Assembly: GCA_025354605.1 (NCBI GenBank) | Contig: JANXMN010000276.1 | Span: 1-53,618 of the forward strand | DNA: 53,618 nucleotides | Direction of reading: 5' to 3' | From: Hymenobacter sp. | GTDB lineage: Bacteria; Bacteroidota; Bacteroidia; Cytophagales; Hymenobacteraceae | Part shown: piece by piece, positions 8,827 to 18,800 of the stretch | Position numbering within the stretch: the stretch's first letter is position 1 | How the letters are laid out: every line of letters begins with the position of its first letter | Made by a program: the position numbers and the translations under genes | The notes under the pieces: model-generated | The model's input: only the letters and a program-made list of their open reading frames with translations | What the model was told of the DNA's origin: nothing | The model's database searches: none

Positions 8827-11052
8827 ATGAAAAAGTTGCTTACCAAACCCTGGCTGGGCGTGTGTCTCGGCTCGGCGGCGTTGGCGGGCGCGTTAGTCGT
8901 AGGCGTGCGGCCCGCGCCGCTGGAGGCTTCCAGCCACCGCGAAGCCCCGCTCATCTCCTACGACCCGCTGGCCGACAACACTGACGTATATGCCTTCCGC
9001 AGTCCGGATGACCCGAACACAGTGACCATCATTGCCGATTACATCCCGTTCCAACTGCCGCAGGGCGGTCCGGTGTACTACAACTTCGGGGAGAACGTGC
9101 GCTACGAAATCCACATCAAGAACCGGCCGTCCATCCCGAACGGGTCGCCGGCCGGCACGCCGACTTCGCCCGGGGATGACATCACTTACCGTTTCACGTT
9201 TGCGCTCACCAACCAGGACCCGACCACGCACTTCCGCATCCGCAATGCTGGGGCGGGGGTGAAGGAAAACCAAAAAGCGACCTACACCTGCGAGGTGAGT
9301 CGCGACGGTGGCGCGACGTTCACTACCATCGTGACCAACGGTGTGGTGCCGCCCTACAACGTGGGGCCCCGGGCCATTTCGGATGCCACGGTGGGCTTTG
9401 GTGCCGCTAACTATCGGCAGTTGATTACCAATTCTATTCAGACGGTGGGGGCGGGGGCGAACGCTGGCACCAAAGTCTTTTGCGGCACGGCGGACGACCC
9501 ATTCTTTGTGGATATTGGAGCGGTGGAGGACCTGGGCAATATCCGGCCCACACGGGCCCGCGACGGCTTGTACCACAAGAACGTGAACAGCATCGCCCTG
9601 CAAATCCCCATCAGCCAGCTGCAGCGCGACGGCCTGCAGGTGTCGGCGGCCACCAGCATTCTGGACCCGGCGTTCGTGATTGGGGTGTGGGCTTCGGCCA
9701 GCCGCCCGGCGCTGAAAACGCTGGTGGCCCCCGATGCTAACGGCAACACGACTGGGGCCCAGACGTACTCGGGCAACTATGTGCAGGTGTCGCGCCTGGG
9801 CATGCCCCTCACCAACGAAGTGGTGAGCAACTACGGCAACAAAGACGAGTTCAACGCGCGGACCCCGTATTCGGAGAACCGGACGTATGACGTGAACTTC
9901 ACTAACCCGGAATTGGCGCTGTACATGGCGGATAATAATCCGCAGTCCCCGACTGCGCCGAAGCCGGCTGGCCAGACGTATTTTGGTGAGGCCGTGCCGG
10001 GGTTCAGCATGCTCCGTATCCAATCCAAGTCGCTGGCCGGACGGCCCAACCTGCCAGCCACGGGGTTTGACTTCCGGAACGGCGCCCCCGGTGTGTCGGG
10101 TCTGGCCGGGTCAGCGGCGGTGGCCGGCACCGCCTTAGCCCCCATTGCCAGCGGCGGCCTGGGCGAATACTTGTTGCGCCCGGGCCAGCCCCGCTCGGTC
10201 GACCTGCTGCCCCTCTTCCACACCGGCGTGCCCAACGTGCGGCCGTTCCAACTGGCCACCGGCAAAAACGGCGACCCGCTGGCCGCTGGCAAGCCCTTCA
10301 TCAACAATTTTCTGCCGGTGGGGACGGCCACGAGCGTGGGCGGCGATATGCTGCGTCTGAACATGGCCGTGCCCGTAACGCCCCGCAACTCGGCGGAGTT
10401 TAGCTCGGAAGGCCTGCTGGCCGCTGCCAAGCTAGGCCTGACTATGGCACCCTACAACACGAATTCCAACCTGGAATTTATCCCCAACATGGACGGCTTC
10501 CCCAACGGCCGCCGCTTGGAGGACGATGCGCCCCGCATCGAACTGCAGACTGTGAGCGGCGTGGTGCTGGCCTCGTTGGGCTTGTGGTACGACGACTACA
10601 CCGCCACCGCCACCAACCCCGTGACCCCGCAGCTGAACAGCGTACTGGGCTTCACGACCGGCGTGGAGCGCAACGACACCACTATTCGCGTAGCGTGGCC
10701 GTTCCTGCAAGACCCGTGGAGTGGCACCAAGGCCCAGCCGACGGTGACGTCGCAGCGGCAGGCCACGGGCCTGGGCTTGCAGCCAGCTTTGCTGGCGGCA
10801 CAGGTTTTCCCCAACCCCGTCGTCGACCAGACCACGGTACGGTACGAACTGGCGGCCCGCGCCACGCTCACTTTCACGGTAACGGACATTGCGGGGCGCA
10901 AGGTGGCGACACTGGCAACCGAGAAGACCCAGAACCCGGGCTCCTATGACCTGACGTGGAAGCCTGCGAACAACGTGGCCCCCGGCCAGTACATTCTGGT
11001 TATCTCCTCAGGCAAAACGGTGGTGCAATCCATTCATCTGGAAAAGCACTAA
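8827..11052 (+). CDS. DUF4331 family protein with T9SS type A C-terminal sorting domain
   Basis: Signal peptide, then ASSHREAP, DNTDVYAFRSP, DDPFFVD, QVSRLGMPLTNE, GFPNGRRLEDD; C-terminal VFPNP...GQYILVI. Confidence 0.9.
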   Translation: MKKLLTKPWLGVCLGSAALAGALVVGVRPAPLEASSHREAPLISYDPLADNTDVYAFRSPDDPNTVTIIADYIPFQLPQGGPVYYNFGENVRYEIHIKNRPSIPNGSPAGTPTSPGDDITYRFTFALTNQDPTTHFRIRNAGAGVKENQKATYTCEVSRDGGATFTTIVTNGVVPPYNVGPRAISDATVGFGAANYRQLITNSIQTVGAGANAGTKVFCGTADDPFFVDIGAVEDLGNIRPTRARDGLYHKNVNSIALQIPISQLQRDGLQVSAATSILDPAFVIGVWASASRPALKTLVAPDANGNTTGAQTYSGNYVQVSRLGMPLTNEVVSNYGNKDEFNARTPYSENRTYDVNFTNPELALYMADNNPQSPTAPKPAGQTYFGEAVPGFSMLRIQSKSLAGRPNLPATGFDFRNGAPGVSGLAGSAAVAGTALAPIASGGLGEYLLRPGQPRSVDLLPLFHTGVPNVRPFQLATGKNGDPLAAGKPFINNFLPVGTATSVGGDMLRLNMAVPVTPRNSAEFSSEGLLAAAKLGLTMAPYNTNSNLEFIPNMDGFPNGRRLEDDAPRIELQTVSGVVLASLGLWYDDYTATATNPVTPQLNSVLGFTTGVERNDTTIRVAWPFLQDPWSGTKAQPTVTSQRQATGLGLQPALLAAQVFPNPVVDQTTVRYELAARATLTFTVTDIAGRKVATLATEKTQNPGSYDLTWKPANNVAPGQYILVISSGKTVVQSIHLEKH

Positions 11053-11084
11053 CCGACCAAATGCGCCGAAGCACTTCATGCAGC

Positions 11085-11118
11085 AAACAGCCGGTTCCAG
11101 ATGGGGCCGGCTGTTTTT
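11085..11118 (+). terminator. Intrinsic terminator
   Basis: AAACAGCCGGTTCC-AGAT-GGGGCCGGCTGTTTTT downstream of the DUF4331 gene. Confidence 0.75.
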
Positions 11119-11130
11119 GTTAGATGTAAA

Positions 11131-11298
11131 AGACTTGTTCCCGAATGAGTAAAAAATGAAAAAAGGCCGTCATGCTGAGCTTGTCGAAGCATCTCTACTG
11201 CGCAAGTCATCCAATCGATACAACGAAGCGGTAGAGCTGCTTCGACAAGCACAGAATGACCGTCGACTTTCCGATTTTCTGTATTTAGGAACAAGTCT
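11131..11298. mobile_element. MITE-like element enclosing a CGTC-type palindrome
   Basis: Terminal IR AGACTTGTTCC (11131-41) / GGAACAAGTCT (11288-98); internal palindrome 11168-11260 nearly identical to 46574-46674. Confidence 0.7.
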
Positions 11299-11510
11299 AA
11301 AGCCTAAGGTGAGCTGGGCGGGGTCACGAATAAAGAGAGCGGGATTGAGTTGCCACTGCTGGCAGATGAATTCGGAGAGCATCGAAAAGTGTGGGGCAGT
11401 AGCAGTCAACCACCTCTTGGCTTAACCGGGGAAGCCATTCCTATCGGTGAAAGCGATGCTCCCACCCGTTGTTCCGCCTTCTGCATTCAACTTCAAACCG
11501 CCTGGCGGCA

Positions 11511-11615
11511 GTCTACCAGTTCAAGATTCGCCTTGTGTGCATCAGTCCCCACATTTACCGGCGTGTGTTTGTGTGGGACGATACGTCGCTGGCCGAACTG
11601 CACTGGGCCGTTTAG
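11511..11615 (+). pseudogene. Fragment of a pRiA4b ORF-3 (TnpR-like) family gene
   Basis: Manual translation VYQFKIRLVCISPHIYRRVFVWDDTSLAELHWAV* matches the family N-terminal pattern YQxKIxL..xP.IxRR..V....tLaeLH. Confidence 0.65.
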
Positions 11616-11799
11616 CCACCCGCTAAACCGGCTTTTCTGGGCAGCGTGCAATTCCCGCGTCCCCGCCTACTATAGGCGGAGTATACACGAAGTATACACC
11701 TACTCTACACGTGCCGGCTGTCGCCTCGCCAACGGCCAGGCGGAAAAAATCCTAGTTCAGTTATTTCCTTATCACGCGAAAGGTTTTTTGATGCTACCG

Positions 11800-11832
11800 A
11801 AACAGAGACGCAATATCTGCGTCTCTGTTTTT
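11800..11832. repeat. Perfect 13-bp hairpin (terminator-like or REP singlet)
   Basis: AAACAGAGACGCA-ATATC-TGCGTCTCTGTTT followed by TT. Confidence 0.6.
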
Positions 11833-11868
11833 GCTTGTACTCGTTGCAAAGCAGTTTGCGGGCACGGT

Positions 11869-11951
11869 GTAGAGACGCCGCCCCTCGCGTCTCGGCACTC
11901 GCGTTGTTCAATCACCGTTCAACGCGGAGACGCGATAGGTCGCGTCTCCAC
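11869..11951. repeat. GTAG-type REP doublet, second family
   Basis: GTAGAGACGC...GCGTCTC, spacer, GAGACGCG...CGCGTCTCCAC. Confidence 0.7.
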
Positions 11952-12036
11952 CGCAGCCAGCCGATTTCTGCGAGCATCCTTGGGGCACAAGTATCTTTAG
12001 CAGCCAGTGTTCCCAACCCTTTTCCGACCCGTAGAC

Positions 12037-12246
12037 ATGCTGCAATTACCCGACCTCGAAATGGTATCTGAAAAAGTGCACCAGGCTTGGCTGGAAGGCA
12101 AACAAACCCAGGGCCTGACCAGCCGCGTCAGCGAAACCGGCGAAGAGCTCATGGTCCCCTACCACCAACTATCGGAAGCGGCCAAGGAACTGGACCGCAT
12201 CACGGTGCGCACGGTATACGCCGCCATTGCCGCATTGAGCGAATGA
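12037..12246 (+). CDS. Stand-alone RyR-domain protein (69 aa)
   Basis: SEKVHQAW...LMVPYHQLSEAAKELDR matches the RyR repeat consensus H..W...LVPY..L....K..DR. Confidence 0.75.
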   Translation: MLQLPDLEMVSEKVHQAWLEGKQTQGLTSRVSETGEELMVPYHQLSEAAKELDRITVRTVYAAIAALSE

Positions 12247-12446
12247 GGTGGTTACTTGCGCGGCAATGGCCTTGTTGCCACCAGTAGCCCGGTGCCGAAT
12301 CATCCCGCCACGGCAGTAGCCTAAGCAGCCTGTGTTGCGAACTACTGCCCGTCCGTGCCGCAGGAGCACCCCATCGGTTCAATAGCGTTAGCAGGCAATT
12401 GTCGGCTGACAAAGCGCTGCCGGAGCTGCTCCGCAACCAGGGTTGT

Positions 12447-15398
12447 TTAACCATCCACCACACTAGTGGCGTGCTCAGACGGCGCGTGGCCGTGCAGCTC
12501 GCGGAAGCACTTGCTGAAATGCGACAGGTTGTTGAACCCCACCGCATAGGCCACTTCCGACACGTTGGCGGCCCCGCCGGCCAGCAGCTGAGCGGCCCGG
12601 CGCAGGCGCAGCACCCGCACAAAATCGGTAGGGGCCTGGTCGGTGAGGGCTTTGAGCTTGCGGAACAGGTGCACGCGGCTCATGGCCAGGGCGGCGGCGA
12701 AGGTTTCCACGTCGAAGTCAGGGTCGGCGAAGTGCTTTTCGACCACGGCCAGGGCCCGGGTCAGGAACACTTCGTCGGCGGAGGTGATGCTGATGTCGCG
12801 GGGGCGCAGGGTGACTTCGCGGGCGAAGCGCTGGCGCAGCAGCTGCCGCTGGGCCAGCAGGTTGGCCACGCGCACCCGCAGCTCGGCCGGCCGGAAGGGC
12901 TTGGTCAGATAGTCGTCGGCCCCAGTTTCGAGGCCCTGCACGCGGCTATCGGGCGCGGCCCGGGCCGTGAGCAGCACCACCGGAATGTGGGAAGTGCGCT
13001 CGTCGGTTTTCAGGCGGCGGCACAGCTCCAGCCCGTCGAGGTGGGGCATCATCAGGTCGGAGAGCACGAGGTCGGGCAGCAGTTCGGTGGCGCGGGCCAG
13101 ACCGGCCCGGCCGTCGGGCGCGGAGATAATGCGGTAGCCCTCTCCCAGGCAGCTGCTGAGGTAGGCACGCATGTCAGCATGGTCGTCGATGATGAGCACC
13201 AGCGGCCGCATGTCGGCCGGCGCGTCCTCGGGCAGCTCTGCATGGCCAGTTTCCGGCATGTATGCCGCCAACCGGACCGCAGCGACCGGCTCCGCCACCG
13301 CCGGGGTGGCTTGCGGCCGCAGCTGCGCGGGTTGCAGGTGCGCCGTGCCCAGCGATAGCCGCACGCTGAACGTGGTGCCCTGGCCCGCCTCGCTTTCCAC
13401 CGTCACGGTGCCGCCGTGCAGGCTCACCAGTTCTTTCACCAGGGCCAGCCCGATGCCCGAGCCTTCGTGAGCCCGGCGGGTCGAATCATCGACCTGATGA
13501 AACCGGTCGAAAATGAGCGGCAGGTGGGCGGCCGGGATACCGCAACCGGTGTCGGCCACGGTGATGACGGCGGCCGGCACGGAGCCATCTTCGGCACTTA
13601 CCCGCACGTCCACCCGCCCGCCGCCGGGGGTAAATTTCAGCGCGTTGCCCAACAGGTTGGTGAAAACCTTCTCCAACAGGTCGGCATCGAAATACACTTC
13701 CAGCGGCGGGGCAGCGGGGGGCAAGTCGAGCGTCAGGCCCAGATAGGCGGCGTGCGACTGAAAGGCAGCTACCTGCAGCCGCACGAAGCCGTGCAGGTCG
13801 TGCGGGGCCGCGTGCAGGGCCATTTGGCCGGCTTCGAGGCGGGCCACGTCGAGCAGCTGGTTGATGAGGGCCAGCAGACGGCCCCCGTGGCGGTGCATGA
13901 GGTGCAGTTCGGGGGCCACCGGCCCGGCGGCAGGAGTGTCGAGCAGTTGCTCCAGCGGCCCGAGGATGAGGGTGAGCGGGGTGCGCAGCTCGTGGCTGAT
14001 GTTGGTGAAGAAACGGGTTTTCAGCTCGTCGCGCTCGGTTAGGGTTTCGGTGGTGCGCAGGCTGGCCTGTAGGTCGGCGTAGGCGCGCTGGAGCTCGTCG
14101 GCGCGCAGGGCCAGCGAGCGGTTGGCGGCGGCCTGCACGGCTTCCTTCTCCCGCGATACGGCCAGGGCCTGGTCGAGGGCCGCGCGACGCTCCTGGCGGG
14201 CGATATTGATGCGGTCGGCGAGCCCCAGCGAAATCAGCAGCAGGTCGATAACGGAGGCAATGCGGGTGCTGTATTCGGTGAAAAAACTGGGTGGCAGCAC
14301 GTGCAGCACCCGCAGGTAGTAGCTGGTGGTGGCCGTGAGCAGGATGGCCCAGCCCGCCAGGTAGTAGCGCGCCGGCCCGTAGCCGGCCCGCACCGTGAGC
14401 ACCCCCGCCACCAGCGTCACCACCGTCCCAATCAGCGGCAGCACTACTTCCGCCCAGTTGCTCAGCCAATAGCCCCCGGGCAGGCCCACGTAAGCCAGCC
14501 CGTCGAACAGCGGCAGCAGCAGGGTCATCCAGGCCAGCACCCGCAGCAGGCGGTCGAGCCGGGGGGTGTAGGTAGCCAGCTCCATGAAAGACCGGGCCGT
14601 CTGAATGCCCAGCATCATGAGCGCCACCAGCAGCAGGTGGTTCACCCCCATATCGAACTCCGGCGAAGCCGTGGGCCACACAAACGCCCCCAGGTAGTGC
14701 ATCATGCTGGCCTGGAGCAGGCCGAAGCTGGCCACGAAGCCCACATAATACAGGTAGGCCCGGTCGCGCACGCTGAAAAACAAACCCAGGTTGTAGAGCA
14801 TGAGCGCCAGCAGAATCCCGAAGTACACGGCCTCGCGCAGGTCGCCCACGCGTGTCACCTGCAGCTCGTGGGTAAGCTCGCGCACCGCCAGCTGAAACAC
14901 GTAGCCGGTGCTGTGCACGTACACCCAGGCGCTTTGGCCGGCGGGCAGGGCCAGGCGCACGCTCGGGTGCCGGCCCGGCACGGCCTGCCCGGTGCGGGTG
15001 CGCCGGGCATCGTCCACCACGGTGCGGGCCAGGGGGCGGCCCAGCGAGTCGGTCACGTACACCTCGAATTCGTGTTCGCCAAAACGGGTATCGAGCACCC
15101 AAGCCGTGGCGGACCGCGCCCGGCTCTGCACCCGCACCCGCAGCCAGAAATCGCCCTCCAGCTCGCCGTAGTTGGGAACGCCCGCCGGCGCGGGCCGGAA
15201 CCGGGCCACCCAGGGCGGGCTCACGGCCTGGGCCAGCGACAGGGCCGTATCGACGCGCAGCAGCTGGAGATAGGGCAGCCGGAGCTGGTAGGTGGTGGTG
15301 GTATCGCGCAGCACCAGGGTGGGCGGCCCGGCCGCGCGCACCCGGCCCGCGAGCAGTAGCAGCAGGAGGGTGCACAAGAGGGCCGGGGCTGATTTCAT
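12447..15398 (-). CDS. Hybrid two-component sensor/regulator: 7TMR-DISM extracellular + 7TM + HisKA/HATPase + REC + AraC HTH
   Basis: FWLR.., YNLGLFFSVRDRAYLYY, FFTNISHELRTPL, GSGIGLALVK, LSDLMMPHLDG, VGFNNLSHFSKCF. Confidence 0.92.
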   Translation of the reverse strand: MKSAPALLCTLLLLLLAGRVRAAGPPTLVLRDTTTTYQLRLPYLQLLRVDTALSLAQAVSPPWVARFRPAPAGVPNYGELEGDFWLRVRVQSRARSATAWVLDTRFGEHEFEVYVTDSLGRPLARTVVDDARRTRTGQAVPGRHPSVRLALPAGQSAWVYVHSTGYVFQLAVRELTHELQVTRVGDLREAVYFGILLALMLYNLGLFFSVRDRAYLYYVGFVASFGLLQASMMHYLGAFVWPTASPEFDMGVNHLLLVALMMLGIQTARSFMELATYTPRLDRLLRVLAWMTLLLPLFDGLAYVGLPGGYWLSNWAEVVLPLIGTVVTLVAGVLTVRAGYGPARYYLAGWAILLTATTSYYLRVLHVLPPSFFTEYSTRIASVIDLLLISLGLADRINIARQERRAALDQALAVSREKEAVQAAANRSLALRADELQRAYADLQASLRTTETLTERDELKTRFFTNISHELRTPLTLILGPLEQLLDTPAAGPVAPELHLMHRHGGRLLALINQLLDVARLEAGQMALHAAPHDLHGFVRLQVAAFQSHAAYLGLTLDLPPAAPPLEVYFDADLLEKVFTNLLGNALKFTPGGGRVDVRVSAEDGSVPAAVITVADTGCGIPAAHLPLIFDRFHQVDDSTRRAHEGSGIGLALVKELVSLHGGTVTVESEAGQGTTFSVRLSLGTAHLQPAQLRPQATPAVAEPVAAVRLAAYMPETGHAELPEDAPADMRPLVLIIDDHADMRAYLSSCLGEGYRIISAPDGRAGLARATELLPDLVLSDLMMPHLDGLELCRRLKTDERTSHIPVVLLTARAAPDSRVQGLETGADDYLTKPFRPAELRVRVANLLAQRQLLRQRFAREVTLRPRDISITSADEVFLTRALAVVEKHFADPDFDVETFAAALAMSRVHLFRKLKALTDQAPTDFVRVLRLRRAAQLLAGGAANVSEVAYAVGFNNLSHFSKCFRELHGHAPSEHATSVVDG

Positions 15399-15667
15399 GC
15401 TACTTATTTCAGAACGCTGGTTGCCGGGGAGCTCCCGCCCGATACGCACGCGCCGGGTCGAACAGCTAACCATTGCGCGGCCCGGCAATTGGACGATTGG
15501 CCCGCATTTCCAACAAATAAAATACTAAGTCATGGCAATATCTTAAAACCGGTTTGCCACCGACGTTACATTCCAGGTAACGGCTCCTTTTCAGGGCCGG
15601 TAAAGGGGGTGATTGAGGCTGATTAACGATGGGGTAATTTACTATTTTTCAGGGAGTTATTTTTTAT

Positions 15668-15705
15668 GCAACGCTACTGCCAACATTGGTAACGTGGGCA
15701 TTAAC
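15668..15705 (+). promoter_or_regulatory. Candidate AraC-type operator (21-bp-period direct repeat)
   Basis: GCAAC-N7-CCAAC and GTAAC-N7-TTAAC offset by exactly 21 bp in the divergent intergenic region. Confidence 0.35.
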
Positions 15706-15812
15706 AGCGGGCTGGCAAGTGCCTGCTACTTGCATCGTCATTCGGCAGCGGCATCACCCCAAGCCGGCTGGCAAGCCCCGTATTCTTTTTCACCTAACCC
15801 AACCTTTTCGGT

Positions 15813-18800
15813 ATGAACACCTACTTACACACGCTGCACGCGCCCCGGCGGGGCTGGCAGCTCATCTTCCGGCGGCCCTGGCTGCTGGCCATGCTGGCGG
15901 TGCTGGCTTTCGCCGGCCTGGCTCCCCGCCGCAGCCAGGCCCAGTTGGTTTCCACCTACGCCTTCGCCGCCAGCGCGGGCACCTTCACCCCGCTAAGCAG
16001 CGGTACGCCCGTGCCCGCGCTGCTCGCCGACGAGGGCGCGACGCCGGTCATCGCCCTGGGTTTCACCTTCCGCTTCGATGGCAACGACTACACCAGCGTG
16101 TACGCCAATTCGAACGGGCTTCTTTCCTTCAGCCCGACCCCCAACACCGACTATAGTAACGACCTGAGCGCGATTCAAAGCGCCGTAGACCCGCTGGCGG
16201 CCGTGCTCTGGGACGATTTGACCGGGGCCACGCCCGGCGCGGCGGCCACCTACAGCGTAAGTGGCGCGCCCGGCAGCCGGGTGTTCACCTTCGAATGGCT
16301 GAACTGGGGCTGGGACTACAACGCTTCGGTGGCCAATATCTCGTTCCAGGTGAAGCTGCACGAGGGCAGCAACCAGGTCGAGTACGTGTACCGCCCCGAG
16401 GCTGGCACCCTGACCAGCCCCTCTGCTTCGGTGGGGCTGCGCTCGGTGGGCGGCACCGGCCCGGGCAGCTTCCTGTCGGTGAATACCCTCTCCCCGACCG
16501 CGGTAAGCAGTACCTCCGTCTCAACCAACACTATCGCGGCCAAGCCCGCGGCGGCCCTGCGGTTCACTTTTACGCCCACGCCCTGCTCGGTGCCCCCCAC
16601 CTACGCCACGCTGCCCGTGAGCCAGAGCTTCGAAACCCCCTGGACTGATGCCTGCGCGGCGCACAACGCGGCCGGGGCCAGCTGGCGCACCACCCCGCTC
16701 ATTGGGGATAACTCGTGGCGGCGCGAAGACGACGGCACCGCCGCCGCCTGGCGCAGCCCCGCCGGCTACCTGCCCACGCCGGTAGCCAGCCAGGGCAGCC
16801 ACGCGGCCATTTTCCACAGCGCCTTCACGCCGGCCGGCGTCACCGGCAACCTGGACCTGTACGTGAACCTGAGCGCGGCCGGCACGAAAGTGCTGACGTT
16901 CGACTACGTGAACGTGGACCAGAACGGCTCCACTCCCGACCAGCTCGACGTGCTGCTGAGCACTGATGGCGGCCAGACCTTTGGTTCCTCGCTGCTGACA
17001 CTGACGACGGCCAACGCCTACGGGGCGCACACGGTGGTCATTCCCAGTACCTCGGCCACCAGCGTGGTGCGCTTCCGGGGCACGGGCGACTATCAGAATA
17101 CTGACATCGGCCTCGACAATGTGCAGCTGGTAGCTACCACCTGCGCCCCGCCCACCAGCGCGGCCATCAGCGGCATCACCCCCACCACGGCAACCCTGAG
17201 CTTTACCAGCAGCGCCAGCGCCACCAGCTACACCGTGACTTACCAGGCCTCGGGCGGCCCGGTGCAAACTGTGAGCCCCAACCCCACCAGCAGCCCGGTG
17301 GCCCTGAGCGGCCTCACCCCCACCACCGCCTATACGGTAACGGTGCTGAGCAACTGCAGCGGCGGCAGCACCTCGGCCGTGGTCACGGCGAGCTTCACCA
17401 CGAGCACCCCGGCCCCGGCCAACGACCTGTGCTCGGCGGCCCCGCTGCTGACGGCGGGCAATACCTGCACCCCCGTGACCGGCACGCTGGGCGGGGCGCA
17501 GGCCGAGCTAAGCGACGGCAAGCTGGACGTGTGGTACAAGTTCGTGGCCACCGACACCGAGCAGCGCCTGGTGATAACCAATACGACCGGCTCGACGGCA
17601 ACCTTTTCGTCGGAGGTCTATGCCGGCAGCTGCCCCGGCAACAGCACTCCGACCACCTACTACAACACCCCGTTCATGGTGGGCCTGACGGTGGGCCAGA
17701 CTTACTACGTGCGCATTTACGACTTCTACAACGCACCGCTCACGCCCACGACCGGCGGCTTCAGCATCTGCCTGACCAAGCCCTACACGCCGGCACCGGC
17801 CAACGACCTCTGCACGGCTCCCCAGAGCCTGACGCCGGCCACTACCTGCGTCACGACCACGGGCACGCTGGGCGGCACGCACATCACGCCCGGACTCGAC
17901 CTGAACGACGACGTGTGGTACTCGTTCGTGGCCAGCAACACCCAGCACAGCATTACGGTACTGGCCACCGGCACCGCTACCCCGGTCACGGAGGTGTACA
18001 GCGTCGGCTGCCCCACCAGCAGCACCACGCCCCTGGCCCACAACGCCAGCAGCAGCACTACCGCCCTGACCGGGCTGACGCCCGGCACCACGTACTACGT
18101 GCGGGTTTACGAGTTCTACTCGTCGGCCGCTTCGCTGAGCCCCGCCGCCGGCGCGTTCACCATTTGCGTATTCGGCGCACCCAACAACCTAATCGTGACC
18201 AACGGCCAGAACCTGACCAACGTGCAGGGCACCTACGACAACGTGACGGTGCAAACCGGGGGCAGCGCCACGCTGGCGGGCGGCCTCGTCGTCAACCAAA
18301 CCATCACGGTACAAACCGGCGGCATTCTCAACACCAATTGCCAGCTGATTTCGGGCGCGGCCAGCTTCACGCTGAACGCGGGCGGCACGCTGGGCATCTG
18401 CAACGCGCAGGGCATTTATACCAGCGGTGCCTCGGGCACGGTGCAGGTAACGGGCGGCCGCTCCTTCAGCTCCGATGCCCTGTACGTGTACAATGGCTCG
18501 GTTCCGCAGTCGTCGGGCCCCGGCCTACCCGCCCAGGTGCGCGAGCTGACGGTCGTTAACGCCGGCAATGGCCTGACGCTGAACAACACCGGCCTCGACA
18601 TCAGCCGCGTCCTGCGCCTGACCAACGGCAACTTCCTCACCAGCAGCCTGCCGGTGCGCCTGCTGAGCAGCAACGGCGGCACCGCCCTCATCGACAACAC
18701 GGGCGGCCTGGTAACCGGCACCGTGCAGGTGCAGCGCTACGTGAACAACACCCTGAACGCCGGCCTGGGCTACCGGCACCTCAGCTCGCCGGTGGCCGGT

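Noticed and set aside
11350-12000. 216-aa ORF in the ORF track
   Set aside because: It runs across repeats and gene fragments and has non-protein-like composition.
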